Assembly: GCF_036321535.1 (NCBI RefSeq)
Contig: NC_087436.1
Coordinates: 70,868,001 to 70,932,000, forward strand
DNA: 64,000 nucleotides
DNA from: Camelus dromedarius
Taxonomy: Eukaryota
Reading direction: 5' to 3'
How positions within the stretch are numbered: position 1 is the first letter of the stretch; every line of letters begins with the position of its first letter. Below, piece after piece: positions 12,931-25,559 of this stretch. The position numbers and the translations under genes are program-made. Under the pieces are notes generated by a model that ran no database searches, had not been told where the DNA came from, and was given only the letters and a program-made list of their open reading frames with translations.

Positions 12931-13629
12931 CTGGTGTGAGAGAGAGAGGAGATAATACTCTTTAACATGGGTAGATTTGTGTATGCATGGCATGCTTTGG
13001 AATTTGACATCTGTTATAAAAGCAGAACACCTAGCTAGGTTTAACTGAAACTGACTCCAAATCAGGTTTTAAGTTAAGAGCAATCTTCTCATTGAAATGC
13101 AAGTTACTGCTTTGAAGCTACTGTGACTAGTTCACTGAACTAAATTAAAATTCTGTGTGTAGTAATATATACATTTATGTATTTATATATAAACAAATCT
13201 TCAAATGCAATGGAAGTGTCCTTTGTGCAACTATAATACAATGAACCCTGTATAAATCATCAAGTAGGTACCTTAAGTGGCTTTTCTGTGCAAGTAGTTT
13301 CTGTAAATTATTCCATTGTCTCATCTCATTGTTGATGCACTTATAAAAACAATGAATATTTAGACAAATGTAAATTAGAGTTTCAGTCCCAATTCAGTCT
13401 AAATTCTGCTAATTCTGTACTTGATTTTCGGGCCTGTTAATTGAGATATTTTTATGCAATGACTATGCACATAACTTGTAGTATATGCAACTCAGTGTGA
13501 GCCATCCATGGTGTATTTTAGTTCTTAGTTGGAGGAAAATAAAGGCTTACCATTTCTTCCCATTTTAATTTCTTTGTCACTTAATGTTAGTGAATACCAA
13601 TACTGTCAAATTAGATCAATTGTACTTAC

Positions 13630-13832
13630 TGATCCAGGACTTTGGTGTTTTCTTTATCACACACGTCTTTGTTTGTGGGCAACTTGACGTCCCGCAGCTC
13701 GGGTGTTGGGGCAGCTGGCATGAAGTATGTGCACACAAAAATGTCCATGGGTGTTTTTTCTTGACAACAGTCCTTAAATTTAGAATTCTTCGTGGATAAG
13801 CTGTCACAGATTTTTACTGTGTATTCAGGCAG
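13630..13832 (-). CDS. GC: GC exon 8: LPEYTVKICDSLSTKNSKFKDCCQEKTPMDIFVCTYFMPAAPTPELRDVKLPTNKDVCDKENTKVLD(Q)
   Basis: 203 nt; TAG acceptor, GTAAGT donor. Confidence 0.97.
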
Positions 13833-14483
13833 CTACAAAAGCAATTGTGAGTTTGTGCATTGTTAGTTTCCCAGTTGATCTAATTAACAATAAGGAAGGC
13901 TTACATAGGCTTATAAGCTCTGGCATGGTGTCTATAAAAGTCAGTATGAATACTCTTATAAATAAATTGGTAGAACATGTGTAGAGGGCAATTTGTCAAT
14001 CTGTACTAAAAGCCTTAAAGTATACAACCTGATTTCCAGGAATTTACTCTCAGAAAATAATTATGGGTGAAGGGAAGATTTAGCTATCAGGCTACTGAGG
14101 GCAGCACTGCTTAATATCAGACTGAAACAACCTAAATCAAATATAAAGGACTAGCTAAATAAAAATATGGTATATTTAGATAGACAAATGCAGTACATGC
14201 AATAGGTATATACAGTAGACTCCTACTTAGCCATTAGAAGTCAGGTTATAGAAAAACACCTACAGACCCAGACAGGTATCCTTAATGGAAAAAGACCAGG
14301 TAACACAGAGCATCTATTTCCAAAGAGGTCCACAGACTTGGAGTGACCTTTATGTAAAGTAACAATTCAAAGTTGTATCTATTTGAAAGGATTATATAAA
14401 TGGAAAATGGTGAAAAACTGGAGTATCTAATTTTAACAGGTATAGTAAAAACATATTAGATGGTTCTAATAATGTAACAGTTG

Positions 14484-14622
14484 CAGTGTTGTCTAACAGA
14501 ACTTTGTGATGATGAAATGATCTCCGTCTGTCCTGTTCAATACTACTGAGCATTTGCAGTGTGGCTAGTGTTACCATTTAAACTTAACCCTGTATGGCTA
14601 GTGGATGCTGCATTGGGCTGTG
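14484..14622. mobile_element. MER3-like hAT DNA transposon, followed by a MIR (~14630-14830)
   Basis: cagtgttgtctaacagaactttgtgatgatgaaatg...gtggctagtg; the adjacent MIR has core ctgtttcctcacatgtaaa. Confidence 0.65.
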
Positions 14623-14858
14623 AAGGTAGAATAAGCTCTTAGGAATAAGAATCTTGTCCTTGTATGTGGGCTTTGTCCCTTACTAGTCGTATGACCTCAA
14701 ATTATCCTTGCTCATCTGCTGTTTCCTCACATGTAAACCTGAGTTAGCAATGTTGAAATTTCATAGGATATGTGTGAAGACTGAGATGCACGTGAGAGGC
14801 AGCTTAGGAGAGTGCCTGCCATTCAGTATGTGGCCCGTGACGATGATGATTTTCTTAC

Positions 14859-14988
14859 CTCCTTGGCCATGCAGTCCTCAGAGGCAGAGCCACAGCACTT
14901 GGAAAGGATTGTGGTAACATCTTCAGCTAATGGCAAAACATCCTCCAGATCTGCAGTAGGCACTTTCTGGGCAAATTTTATGAGATGG
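14859..14988 (-). CDS. GC: GC exon 7: HLIKFAQKVPTADLEDVLPLAEDVTTILSKCCGSASEDCMAKE
   Basis: 130 nt; TAG acceptor, GTAAGA donor. Confidence 0.97.
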
Positions 14989-15506
14989 CTAAACAGTTAA
15001 ACATGAATTGTTAGCCTAGCCATATTCTCAGTTTTCTTGGCTTTTGTTATGAACATACAGTCTAGAGGAATAATACCATAGTTTAATACCATTCTTTGTC
15101 CTCAACAGCTGCATAGAGCACATGTGCTAGGTGATGGATCCTTTGTGCAGAAGTCACTATTCAAGATTCAGTCATCCTCAGTGAATCTTTTTATATTTTC
15201 AGTACTGACATAGAACTTCTCTTCTGGCCAGATCTACATAGTTGAAGCATGCCTTTAAGATGTTAGATCTAAGACAGCAATGAAGAAAACACTAATGTCT
15301 CTGTTTATAAGGCCAGTGCTGTGTTTTTGTGGCCCCTCGTAGCCTTTAAAAAAAGTTTTTGTAAATTCATTTAGAAACTGCAGATAAAGGGAATAATGAA
15401 GTCCTATCACCCTAGACCACTGGGTGAAGGTTTTGGTGTATTTCCCTGAAGTATTTATTATTTGCCTTTTTTACTTAATATATCAGGAATAGATTTTGTA
15501 TCATTC

Positions 15507-17320
15507 TTTTTAGACTGTGGCAAAAAACATACAATATTAAGTTGACCATTTAACTAGTTTGAAGTGTATAATTCAGTAATGGTAAGTGTATTCACCTTTA
15601 TGTAACAAAACTCTAGAAATTTTTTATCTTGCAAAACTGAAACTCTCTACCTATTAAACACTGTCACTTCCCCACTGTTTTACCCTCAGCCCTTGGCAGG
15701 CTACTACCTTTTTACTGTCTGTTTCTGTGACTTTTATTACTTTTGAGTGAAATCGTACAGTATTTGTCTTTTCATGACTACCTACTTTGCTTAGCAAAAT
15801 GTCCTCAGTGTTAGTCCATGTTGTAGCATGTGACAGGATTTTTTTTAAGGCTGCATAATACGTAATACATGTATGTATTGTATGTATGTATATACCACAC
15901 TTTATCTGTCCATCTGTCAGTGGATATTCGGGTTGTTTCTATCTCTGGTTATTGTGAATAATGCTGCAATTAACATGGGTGTGCAAATTTCTCCTTAAGA
16001 TTCTACTTTGAATTTCTCTGTATAGATATGCAGAAGTGAGATAACTGGATCATATGGTGAGTCTATTTTTAAACTTTTGAGGAACCTTCATAATGGCTGC
16101 ACCATTTTGCATTCCCATCAACAGTGTATAAGCATTCCAGTCTCTACATATCCTTGCCAACACTCAGGATTTTGTTCTTTTGGTAGTGGTCATCCTAATG
16201 CGTGTGAGATGGTATCTCGTGGTTTTGATTTGCATTTCTCCTATGTTTAATGATGTTGAACATCTTTCCATATGCTTGTTGGCCATTTACATATCTTTTT
16301 ATGGAGAATTGTCTATTCAATTATTTTTCTTCTGTTTCTTTTTTTTTTTCTTTTTAATTTTTTTTGGGGGGTGGTGGTGAGGAGTAATTAGGTTTATTTA
16401 TTTTATTTATTTTTAGAGCAGGTACCGGGAATTGAACCCAGGACCTCGTGCATGCTAAGCATGTGCTCTACCACTTGAGCTATACCCTCCCCCTATTCAA
16501 TTATTTTTAATCAAGTTATTTTTTGTTGAGTTGTGGAAGTCCCTTATACATACTACACACTAAACCCTTATTAGATATGTGACTTGCAAACACCTTCTCC
16601 CATTCCATAGGTTGCCTTTTCACTTGGTTGATTGTTTTCTTAATGTGGAGAAATTTATGTTTGATGTGGTCCTATTTGTCTGTTTTTGCTGTTACCTATG
16701 CTTTGGTGTCATGTTTAAGGAATTGCCAAATCCAGTGTCCTGAAACATTCCCCCTATGTTTTCTTCTAGGAGTTTTCTGGTTATAGGTCTTACGCTTAGG
16801 TCTTTAACCCATTTTTAGTTAACTGTACTATATCATATAAGGTAAGAAAGAGTTCAACTCATTCTTTTGCAAGTGCATATCCACTTTTCCCAGCACCATT
16901 TGAAAAGACTGTCCTTCCTCCCTTGTGTAGTCTTGGCACCATTGTTGAAAATAATTTGGCCAAATATATAAGGGTTTGTTTTGGAGCTCTCTAATATATT
17001 CCGTTGGTCTCTATGTATCATGTTAGGCCAGTACTACAGCATCTGTGTTACTATTGCTTTGTAATATGCTTCAAAATCAAAGTATGAGACTTTCAGATTT
17101 ATTCTTCTTAAGATTGTCTTGGCTGTACAGATTCCTTTGATATTCTATGTGAATTTTAGGGTGCTTTTTCTATTTTGGCAAAAAATGTCATTGGGATATT
17201 GATAAGATTCATATTGCTTTGGATAGTATGGATATCTTAACAATATTAATTCTTCCAATCCATGAGCATGGAATGTCTTTGTATTGTATTTTTGATTTCT
17301 TTTAGCAGTGTTTTGTTTTT
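15507..17320 (-). mobile_element. L1 3' portion (ORF2 end plus 3'UTR), interrupted by a SINE
   Basis: Reverse-complement L1 ORF2 motifs (ggtatctcgtggttttgatttgcatttc, tttcccagcaccattt, ttcttccaatccatgagcatggaatgtcttt). Confidence 0.9.
16329..16492 (-). mobile_element. Vic-1-like tRNA-derived SINE inserted into the L1
   Basis: Reverse-complement A and B boxes; perfect 16-bp TSD CTATTCAATTATTTTT at 16313-16328 and 16493-16508. Confidence 0.92.
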
Positions 17321-18384
17321 TATTAAATATTCTTTTAAAATATAATTACAGCCAACTGTCTGATAGTCTCCCATATGGATGTATCATAATTTAAACATGC
17401 TCTATTCTAGGGATATTTAGGAAGTCTCTTAAGTTTTTCATGTTAAAAAAAAAATGTGGCAGCAATTGTTCACACTCAGTGATATTTCCTTGGAGAAACT
17501 TCCAGACACTAATGCAGGTATAAGTTTATGATTAAAACATATATTTTATAGGTGGTTTTATACTATAAATTTCTATGCTCTACTAACCAAATACTCTTAA
17601 TGCAAAAGGAAAACTAAAGGGGATGGTCTAGAGAAAATACCATTTAGTATTTGAGTAGTTCTAACGGAAGATTATTTTTAAAGGACTTATGAAGGAAGTT
17701 TCTTTGGTCTTTGGGGAGCCTTAGGATCTGGAGCTGGAATGGATTATTTCATGTCCATTACAGGAGAAAACTTGTGGATCAGAGTAAATGGAATTAAAGA
17801 GACTATAAATACTAAAGATATAAATCTGGATGTCTGAGGATATATGAGAGAAGGCTAAACAGAAGCTGTCAAAATTAAAGTTTGAAGTTAACAATAGCCA
17901 TACAAAAATCAAACTGAAGGTTACAAAGTAGCTAAATGATTATGATAACTTTATGAAGCTTAAGAGATATGAAGCTTTGTGCTATATAGTACATATAACA
18001 AGAATTCAGGAAGTCATTTCCCAAGAAAAAAGTGGGCAGTGAAAGTAACAGATGAACAAAAACAATTGTTTTTGCTTGTGTGTTTGTAATATACGCCAAT
18101 ATGAATATTGAAGAAATAATTTCTAGTGGTCTACCAGTTTTCTCATGTGAGTATATGGGAAAAAAGTTGATTAAAAGCAAATTGTCTTTACAACGTTCTT
18201 GTTCCTTATTGTTCATATTTTGTGAAGAGAAAAGAAATAACTGGGCCCTATTTTTGAAGATTATTGGAGCATAACACTATGGTTTGTATCTTCTATTGTA
18301 AGTGTTTTCTTAGAGAATCCTAAGATAATGGATAGATACTACAGAAACAAACAGCTAAACCTGCTGATGGTGCTGAATCTTTAC

Positions 18385-18479
18385 CTGAGCCTTGATTTCT
18401 CCTTCCCATAAGCAGCATATTGAGAACAGATTCTATTCGACACAGTGGTGAGAAGTGATAAATGTTTAAGCTGAAGTCT
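18385..18479 (-). CDS. GC: GC exon 6: RLQLKHLSLLTTVSNRICSQYAAYGKEKSRL(S)
   Basis: 95 nt; TAG acceptor, GTAAAG donor. Confidence 0.97.
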
Positions 18480-18774
18480 CTAGAAAATAAGCGAGAGAGA
18501 ATCTCATCAGATGGTCAGGATCCATGGAAAGCAGTGAGCAGGCATGGCCAGAAGGAGACCTTTTCAATAACTAGAAAACTGAATTCTGACTAAAGGAACT
18601 TATTTTCCCCCCCCAAAGGTGGTTATGTGTGTTATTCCAACTAAAAAAATACAAAAGAGGCATTTTAGAAACATTTATGGATTCCAGAATCTGAATTTTT
18701 TTTTACCATTATTTAAAAAAATGGCATTAATAGAAGGAAGAAAAGAACATCATATGGAATAAAATGACACCTAC

Positions 18775-18907
18775 CTCTCTCAAAAAGCACACTGTTGGGC
18801 TTGGTGAGGTACAGCAGGACCCCACCATAGACAGGTAACTCTTGGTGTAACTGACTAGAATTGTCAGAGGAGCTTGTCCATAGTTAATGGAGTAGTCATA
18901 CAGAAAT
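18775..18907 (-). CDS. GC: GC exon 5: FLYDYSINYGQAPLTILVSYTKSYLSMVGSCCTSPSPTVCFLRE
   Basis: 133 nt; CAG acceptor, GTAGGT donor; translated by hand. Confidence 0.97.
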
Positions 18908-20088
18908 CTGAGGGGGGAAGATAGCAGGATTGGTCAAAACATTTGTGGGAAACAATCTACTTTTTCATTATGTATTTGATGAAAAAAGGATGCATGTTAT
19001 GTTAGTTTATAGTTTTAATATCTAAAAAGCACTGTGGTTTTAAAGAAAGGGTCATAAAACTAGTTACTTTTATCAATATTTTCGTTAAAAAAAGTCTTTC
19101 CAATTTTCCTGGTGGATTACTTGAGAGGGGCCCATTTGTCCCTTTATTCATTTAGTGTCTGCCATGTGCATGGGCTGTAGTAGCTGCTTATGAATGTTGA
19201 TCAAACAAATTAAAATGAATGTTAGGCATTTATCTTTCATTGGATTTACCTTTCATTGTCTGTTTATTCTAGATGACTGTTAATGTATAGGCATGCTTAC
19301 TCGTTGAAATCATCTTAATTTTTAGGTGCATAAGCCCCTAAGGGTCTAAAGAGATGCTGAGATCTTGGGCAAAATCCTCTGAAAATGTACAGGGAAGGGC
19401 AAGCCAGCCAACTTTTATAAACTCATGACCTTGATTTCATACTTCTAACGCAAGTTTGAATGACATTGCTTTTGACTTCAGTGTGTGTATGTAAAATGTA
19501 TTTACTTTTTATTATCATAATTTTTCTCATTTTTCATTTTTATGATCTTCCAAGACTAAAGAAACAATATATAATCTGGCTCCTCATGAATGTTAAACAA
19601 AGAGAAGGTGAAAGTCATGTTTGCTTATGTGGTACGTGTGTCATGTTCACAGCCGTTTCTGGGGATGCACTACAGGGATGAAGAAAGGGGCTGTTTATTA
19701 TGCTCTACCAGAAAATAAGTACTTGTGCACAGTGATAAAGTTCTATCAGATGGTGTGTGTAAGGATCGCTAACATAAGGGGAATCACAGTAGCTGCTGTC
19801 AAATATTTGAAAATGTCACGTGGACAGGGAATCCAGGTGCTTCTGCTTGGATACTAGAACGTGGGCGAGAGAGGGTAGGAGTTTGGGAAGGTTGGTTGCA
19901 TCTCTGTCTGAGAAAGACATTTACAATCATTAGTACTGACAGAGATGGGCTGTCTTGGGTGACAGCCAAGTTCTTGGTACTGAAATTTGGCCAGGTCGTG
20001 GTGTAAGAGGTGTGTGTCTAGAGCAGGCAGTTAGATCATGCTGGCTGTTTTATCCCCTGAAGTTCCACATACAATGAAGGTGGCTTAC

Positions 20089-20300
20089 TGATTGGCAAAC
20101 CCCTTGGGGTCCTTCCTGAATGCCTCACAGATCTCATCGTTTGTTGGCTCTACATAGGTAGGAAATTCTTGTGGCTGGTGCTTCAGGGCGGCCATACAGA
20201 GTTTCCTTTCAAGGCCCTCCGTGGTGCAGCACTCAGCGGTTCCTGGGTGCACTGGGAACGGGGAGTCACTTTCACAGGACTTAGCAGACAATGCTGAAGT
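20089..20300 (-). CDS. GC: GC exon 4: TSALSAKSCESDSPFPVHPGTAECCTTEGLERKLCMAALKHQPQEFPTYVEPTNDEICEAFRKDPKGFAN(Q)
   Basis: 212 nt; TAG acceptor, GTAAGC donor; overlaps ORF 20085..20291. Confidence 0.98.
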
Positions 20301-20870
20301 CTAGGACGAGAAAAGAAAAGCAAGTAAACTCATATAGGCGAGCTTTCAGGCTTGTAGTTCTCCATGTAGTATAACATCTTAGTCTTAAATTTTAAAACTC
20401 TCGGTGACACACTGTCCGTGACAAGTGGAATAATTGCAGTTATAGGCACGTATGGGGTCTTATGTTAATACGTGACTCAGAGTAGCACCGAAGAGCTACT
20501 GTGGGCTGTGTGTGAGGGCAGCCTTTATAGGTTTTATCCTTTAGTTCAGTGTTTCTCCACGAGTATGTTAACATCTTTGAGGATGAGGGAGGTCATTGGA
20601 AAAAGCTCCATTGATTCTGATATGATGGCCAACGTGCATTCTGCTATAAAAACCCCACTGGGTGTTTGTTCTCATTTGGACTTTGTAGGACTAATGGGCA
20701 AAATTGGCTTGTTGTACTAGAATCACCTTGGGCTCTTGGGATAATAGGCTTCATATTTTCCCCAACCTTGGAGTGGGTGGGTTGCTAAGACTCCCCCAAG
20801 ATATAACATAAAAGCCTACTTGACTCGCTTCTATGGGCCACCATAGAGATGGCCAACCGCACAGCCCTAC

Positions 20871-21003
20871 CCTGTTGTCGTAGCAGTCGGGGTCGGCCTC
20901 TTCAGTGCAGCAGGCTTCTGTCAAGGAGACAACTTCATTTACGAGATGACTGATCTGTTCAAATGTGCCACTGGGAAACTTTCTGCTGTATAGGACCATT
21001 GAC
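20871..21003 (-). CDS. GC: GC exon 3: SMVLYSRKFPSGTFEQISHLVNEVVSLTEACCTEEADPDCYDNR (vitamin D-binding domain I)
   Basis: 133 nt; CAG acceptor, GTAGGG donor; overlaps ORF 20751..20999. Confidence 0.98.
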
Positions 21004-21117
21004 CTGAGGAGGGGAAAAGTAAATCAACACATTCAGAATTTTTAAAGGTTTTCGCATTTGCACATTGTGATATGAAATCTGTTCAATTTTCTAATGCAAT
21101 ATGGCACACATGTTCTT

Positions 21118-21312
21118 TTATACTAAAGTACAGTCAGTTACAATGTGTCAGTTTCTGGTGTACAGCACAGTGTCCCAGTCATGCATATACATACATATAT
21201 TCATTTTCTTATTCTTTTTCATTAAAGGTTGTTACAAGATGTTATATAGTTGCCTGTGCTATACAGAAGAAATTTGTCTTTTCATCTATTTTTATATATA
21301 GTGGCTAACAAT
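21118..21312 (-). mobile_element. 5'-truncated young L1 3' end in GC intron 2
   Basis: 14-bp TSD GCACACATGTTCTT at 21104-21117 and 21313-21326; L1 3'UTR motif. Confidence 0.88.
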
Positions 21313-21780
21313 GCACACATGTTCTTGATGAATGAAAATAATAACATTGACTTTAAAAATCAGTTTACCTAGAACAAAAACTAATCTTGTAAAGCAGCAA
21401 AAGGTGGATTTGGGTGTTCCATCAGACCAGCTTCATCTTCGTTCTTCCCTCCAGCCTCCCCAAATGAACTGGTTCTGTACCTTTATTGCCTTTGTTTGCC
21501 GGAGTCCTAGCTTGTACTACTTGCTTTTAATTCACCTTAGAAAACTATGTGTACTTATTCCCTCAACTCATTAAAAAACTTGTGACAAATTCTTAGACCA
21601 CAGTAACTACAGCTGAGCTGGAATCTTTGGGCGTCCTCTGCTTGCCTGACATCTCTGCCCACTATGCTCTCAATCTTAGCAGAGGTCAGATTAGCCCCCA
21701 ACATGGAATTGAAGTCACCGCACACTTAGCTTCAGTCAATGTCAGGTAACCAAGAGAGTGCGTGAATACCTCATACTTAC

Positions 21781-21850
21781 AAAGATGTGAAGTCATCTTT
21801 TCCCAAACTGGCAAGTTCCTTGCAGACTTTATCTTTCTCATAATCTCGAC
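21781..21850 (-). CDS. GC: GC exon 2: (G)RDYEKDKVCKELASLGKDDFTS(L)
   Basis: 70 nt; acceptor TAG, donor GTAAGT; typical DBP N-terminus. Confidence 0.97.
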
Positions 21851-22283
21851 CTAGGAACCAGAAATAGTAAAAATTGTATCTTTTCCCTTAAAACTTTACA
21901 GTAAATGTATGTACGTATAAAGGGGTCTTCCACATGATGCACTGATGGGAAAGTAGCATTTTCTCTATTTGCAGTTTCATTTTTGGTGCCTTTGTGTTTT
22001 CTCACAATGGATCAGAATTTGCTATAAATCTTAATGGAGGGCAGGAAAAGAATATCAGAAGTAGGTAAATCAAAATATATATACCAACTAGTGAGTCAGA
22101 ACCTATTGATAAGTCAGTCCTTCTCTTAGGTTCTGTTTTTCCAACAATGTGAGAATCTTTTTATCCCTCGTTCCTTTCTTTACCTCGGTCTCACCTAAGG
22201 CCTTTAGAGAAACAAGAAATAAAAAATAAATGGAGTGTATGTCTGTATTCCAATGTGAAGAGCTAAGGATTTTAAAGGAGGGG

Positions 22284-23330
22284 TGTGCGAGCTGGTGTTG
22301 CCACCCTTGCCCCCTGACCCTCCTCCAGGCTCTAAGGAAAGGCTAGGAATTGAGCTGATGGAAAAGATGGAAATTAGGCAAAATATTTTTGGGGGAAAGT
22401 TCTAAGGGTGGTAGGTTTAGGGAAATGGTGGGAGAGTGCTTCTCATTTCAAGCATAGAGGGGCTTCAAGGAAACAGACTTTGATAGGCGACCCCTATAAG
22501 CTGGTGTACACAGGACAGGCGTCTGACTCAGACTGCGGAATCTGAAAGCTGAAAAGGGCTGGTTAAGTGACTTGGGGCAACAAAGGAGAAGACTGGGTGG
22601 CGGGGAGCTCTGCTGTGGCCTGTGTCCACGATGTACATCAGACAGGAGAGCAAACTGGCCTGGAGTTGTCTTAAATGTCTTCCCTCCCATCCGCCTCAAA
22701 AAAGGCTTATCTAGAGGGAAGCAGGCTACCAACAATGGGATACCTCTGTGCAGATACAATTAGAAAATCAAAGGGCCAAAGGGAGGTCTCCAGGTGCCAG
22801 CTGGATGTGAGAGACTGCAAGGTGATGGAGAGAAAGCTCCAAAAAACCCATTAAGAGAAGTGTCAACTTTTGAACGGTTCCCGTTACCAGAGAAAACAAC
22901 ACTGTCTCACCAAACTACCCACTGAATTAGTATTTGCTGCTGCTTCCTTTCCTGCTGGCATCTCTGTCCTGTGCGTTACCCCTGGAAGAGCTAAAAGCTG
23001 CCTGGAGAGGAGAGAAGAGAACTGCAGAGAGGAGACAGGACAATCCCTTTGCCACCATCGGCAAAAGGATGGAAACACACCAGATCTGGGGGCCAGCGTC
23101 AACTTTAAATGAACTTATAAATTTTTGATTATTAAACTAACCAGACCTTCCCAGGACTGTTAAGAGGTGGTTCTTTTGAGGTTCAGAAGGACCAGAGGAC
23201 TTTATTATTGGATCAGAAAAATCATAGAACTTACTCTGAAGTCCATTCAAGAGGTTGGGAAGAGCTTGTTCCCACAGGGGATGAGTTCTGTACTGATGGT
23301 GAGACCCACTTGTTCCCCAGGCCTACTACA
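22284..23330. mobile_element. Probable ancient LTR (MamGypLTR/LTR85-like) in GC intron 1
   Basis: GC-richer ~1 kb block with the composition of an old gypsy-type LTR; family assignment is from impression only. Confidence 0.35.
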
Positions 23331-24572
23331 CGCACAAGAGGGTGAACACATGGAAGGCAGCTGGTGTTTTCCTTCCCTGATTCATCATTCATGCAAGTAA
23401 GTCTAGGAAATTTCCCAATGCTTTCTGATGCTCTCTCTTTCCAAAAAAAAAAAAAAAAAAGTATATATGAATGTCCTAAATGGTTTTAATGTTTAGCAGC
23501 TTATCCTCCTGGATTTAAATATTGGGAAATCCACCTTGGGTGATATGATGGTGACTACCTTTACCTTTTACCTCCTAAGTGTCCTCACCTCAGCTCCCTG
23601 AAAGAGTGAATATGCATAAGACAAAGTGGAAACTTTTGTTTGATGGTCTGGAGTGGAAGTGTTAATGGCTGGATACAGGCTGGGGGGAGGGGGCTGTTTT
23701 CTTTCTTTCCTTTAAAAAGAGATTAAAGTCTCTTTAGGATTTGTTAGAATTAGCGGTGAAAATGCCTGATTCTGGTGAGAACTGCCTGCAGGGGAAGCTG
23801 CTGCACCCTGTGTCTTTCTGGTTGACACACACTATATTACTGAGGTGAGAAAAGTCAGAATTGAGGGATAAAGGCACTCTTAAGCAGCATTTTGTAATAA
23901 GAGACAAACTCAAATACCATCAAGATCAAAGAGAAGGTGGAAAAAACCGTTCGGGTTCAAATTTCACGTTATCTTGGAAACGAGGACAAGTCAGTCGGGT
24001 TGATGAGGCTAATAGTCGACGGAATATAAAGAGCTACTGTAATTTATTGATTAGTTTACAAGGTTGGATATTGTCACCATTTCAAAAGGTCAAAATAAGG
24101 CAGAAATTTTCCATTAATTATTAATGGTATTCAGTGGGGCTGAAGATAAGGGCACAGAGGGAAAGCATTTAGGGTAGAACTGCCCTCCTGTAGTGCGGAG
24201 ATGGGGTAGTAGGAGGCAGTGTTGTTTTATGTTGCTCCTAAGTAGAGCTAGAAAGAAGGACTGGTGGTTGGTACCAGTTCAGTGTGAGAGAATTTTATTG
24301 TAGCTGCGGCTAATTGATAACTGAAACGATAAGCAGCTTTTTGAAGTGAGCTTGTTTTGTCCTAGAAATATTCAAGTGGAATTTAAATAACTGTATATAT
24401 TAAAGATTCCTAAATTTACTATACAATTCTATCACAAACTTCAAGATCACTTCCAAAAGGTTATAAAATCATCTCTTTTAGAAGCAGTAGAATTTATCAG
24501 AGTCTTTTCCCCCCAAAGCTTATGGTTTCAAGCCACACACACACAAAAAGCTCTAATAAGAACTTTCTTCTT

Positions 24573-24758
24573 TTTATTTTCAGTCAGTTTACAATGCTGT
24601 GTCAATTTCTGGTGTACAGCACAATGCTTCAGTCATACATGTACATACATATATTTGCTTTCATATCCTTTTTCATTTTAGGTTACTACAAAATATTGAA
24701 TACACTTCCCTCTGCTGTACAGTATAAACTTGTATATGTTTTATATTTAGTAGAACCC
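24573..24758 (-). mobile_element. 5'-truncated L1 3' end
   Basis: TSD CTTTCTTCTT at 24563-24572 and 24759-24768; cagtcagtttacaatg...tctggtgtacagc motif. Confidence 0.82.
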
Positions 24759-25559
24759 CTTTCTTCTTAATGCAGAGGAGCCAACATTGTTTCATAAACT
24801 CTTCCTATAGAACTGCGGAGGTCATTTTTATTTTATTGTGACCACTCAGGAAATATGCAAAATGAGAGTCTGCATTCAATGGGGACACCTCCGATGAACA
24901 TTTTAAGAACTATTTTGTTTCTGGCTTTCCAGATTCAGATTTCTCACTTCTCCAAGAAAGGAGAGCTTTGTTCAGTGTGTTGAGAATGTGAACGCACGTG
25001 TGAGTGGACACTACAGATAAGTCTCCTGTTATATAGCTTTAATTAAATCAACTTGTGTTTGCACAGAAGTACATTGGAATCCCTGGGTGTTATGTACTGC
25101 TTTAGTTAGAAAGCGAAATGATGATAGAAAAAGTGGAAAACTAGATCAACTATGTAAGACTTAAAATGGCTTTGAAACCATTTTTGCTGGAATATTCAGC
25201 CTTGGGCGAGACAGAAGCAAGGGAAGAAGCCCGAAAGAGGCAGGAAAGAAATTGAGAATTCTGAGGATAGAACTGCTCTTTTAACAATACCCTGTAGAGG
25301 AAGCTGTTGCACCGTGTATCTTTCAGGTAGACTATTTGAAATATTTCTTATAAAAATTCATTTATTCATTTATTCAGAGAAGATCTATAGCTTACCAGAT
25401 TAAGCAGATATGTTAATCACTTTTTCATCAAAAAATAACGAATACTGAAGTTAATATGCAATATGATTGTTATAAATTGTTTCCTCATTCCATGGAATAC
25501 TGCCTAATAAATGTTTTCACACCCGTTGAGCTCACTTTGATTCATAAAATTAAATCCTA

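Noticed and set aside
22448..23400. Overlapping 63-103 aa ORFs in intron 1 as a nested gene
   Set aside because: No recognisable protein and no splice structure; better explained by a GC-richer old LTR-like block.
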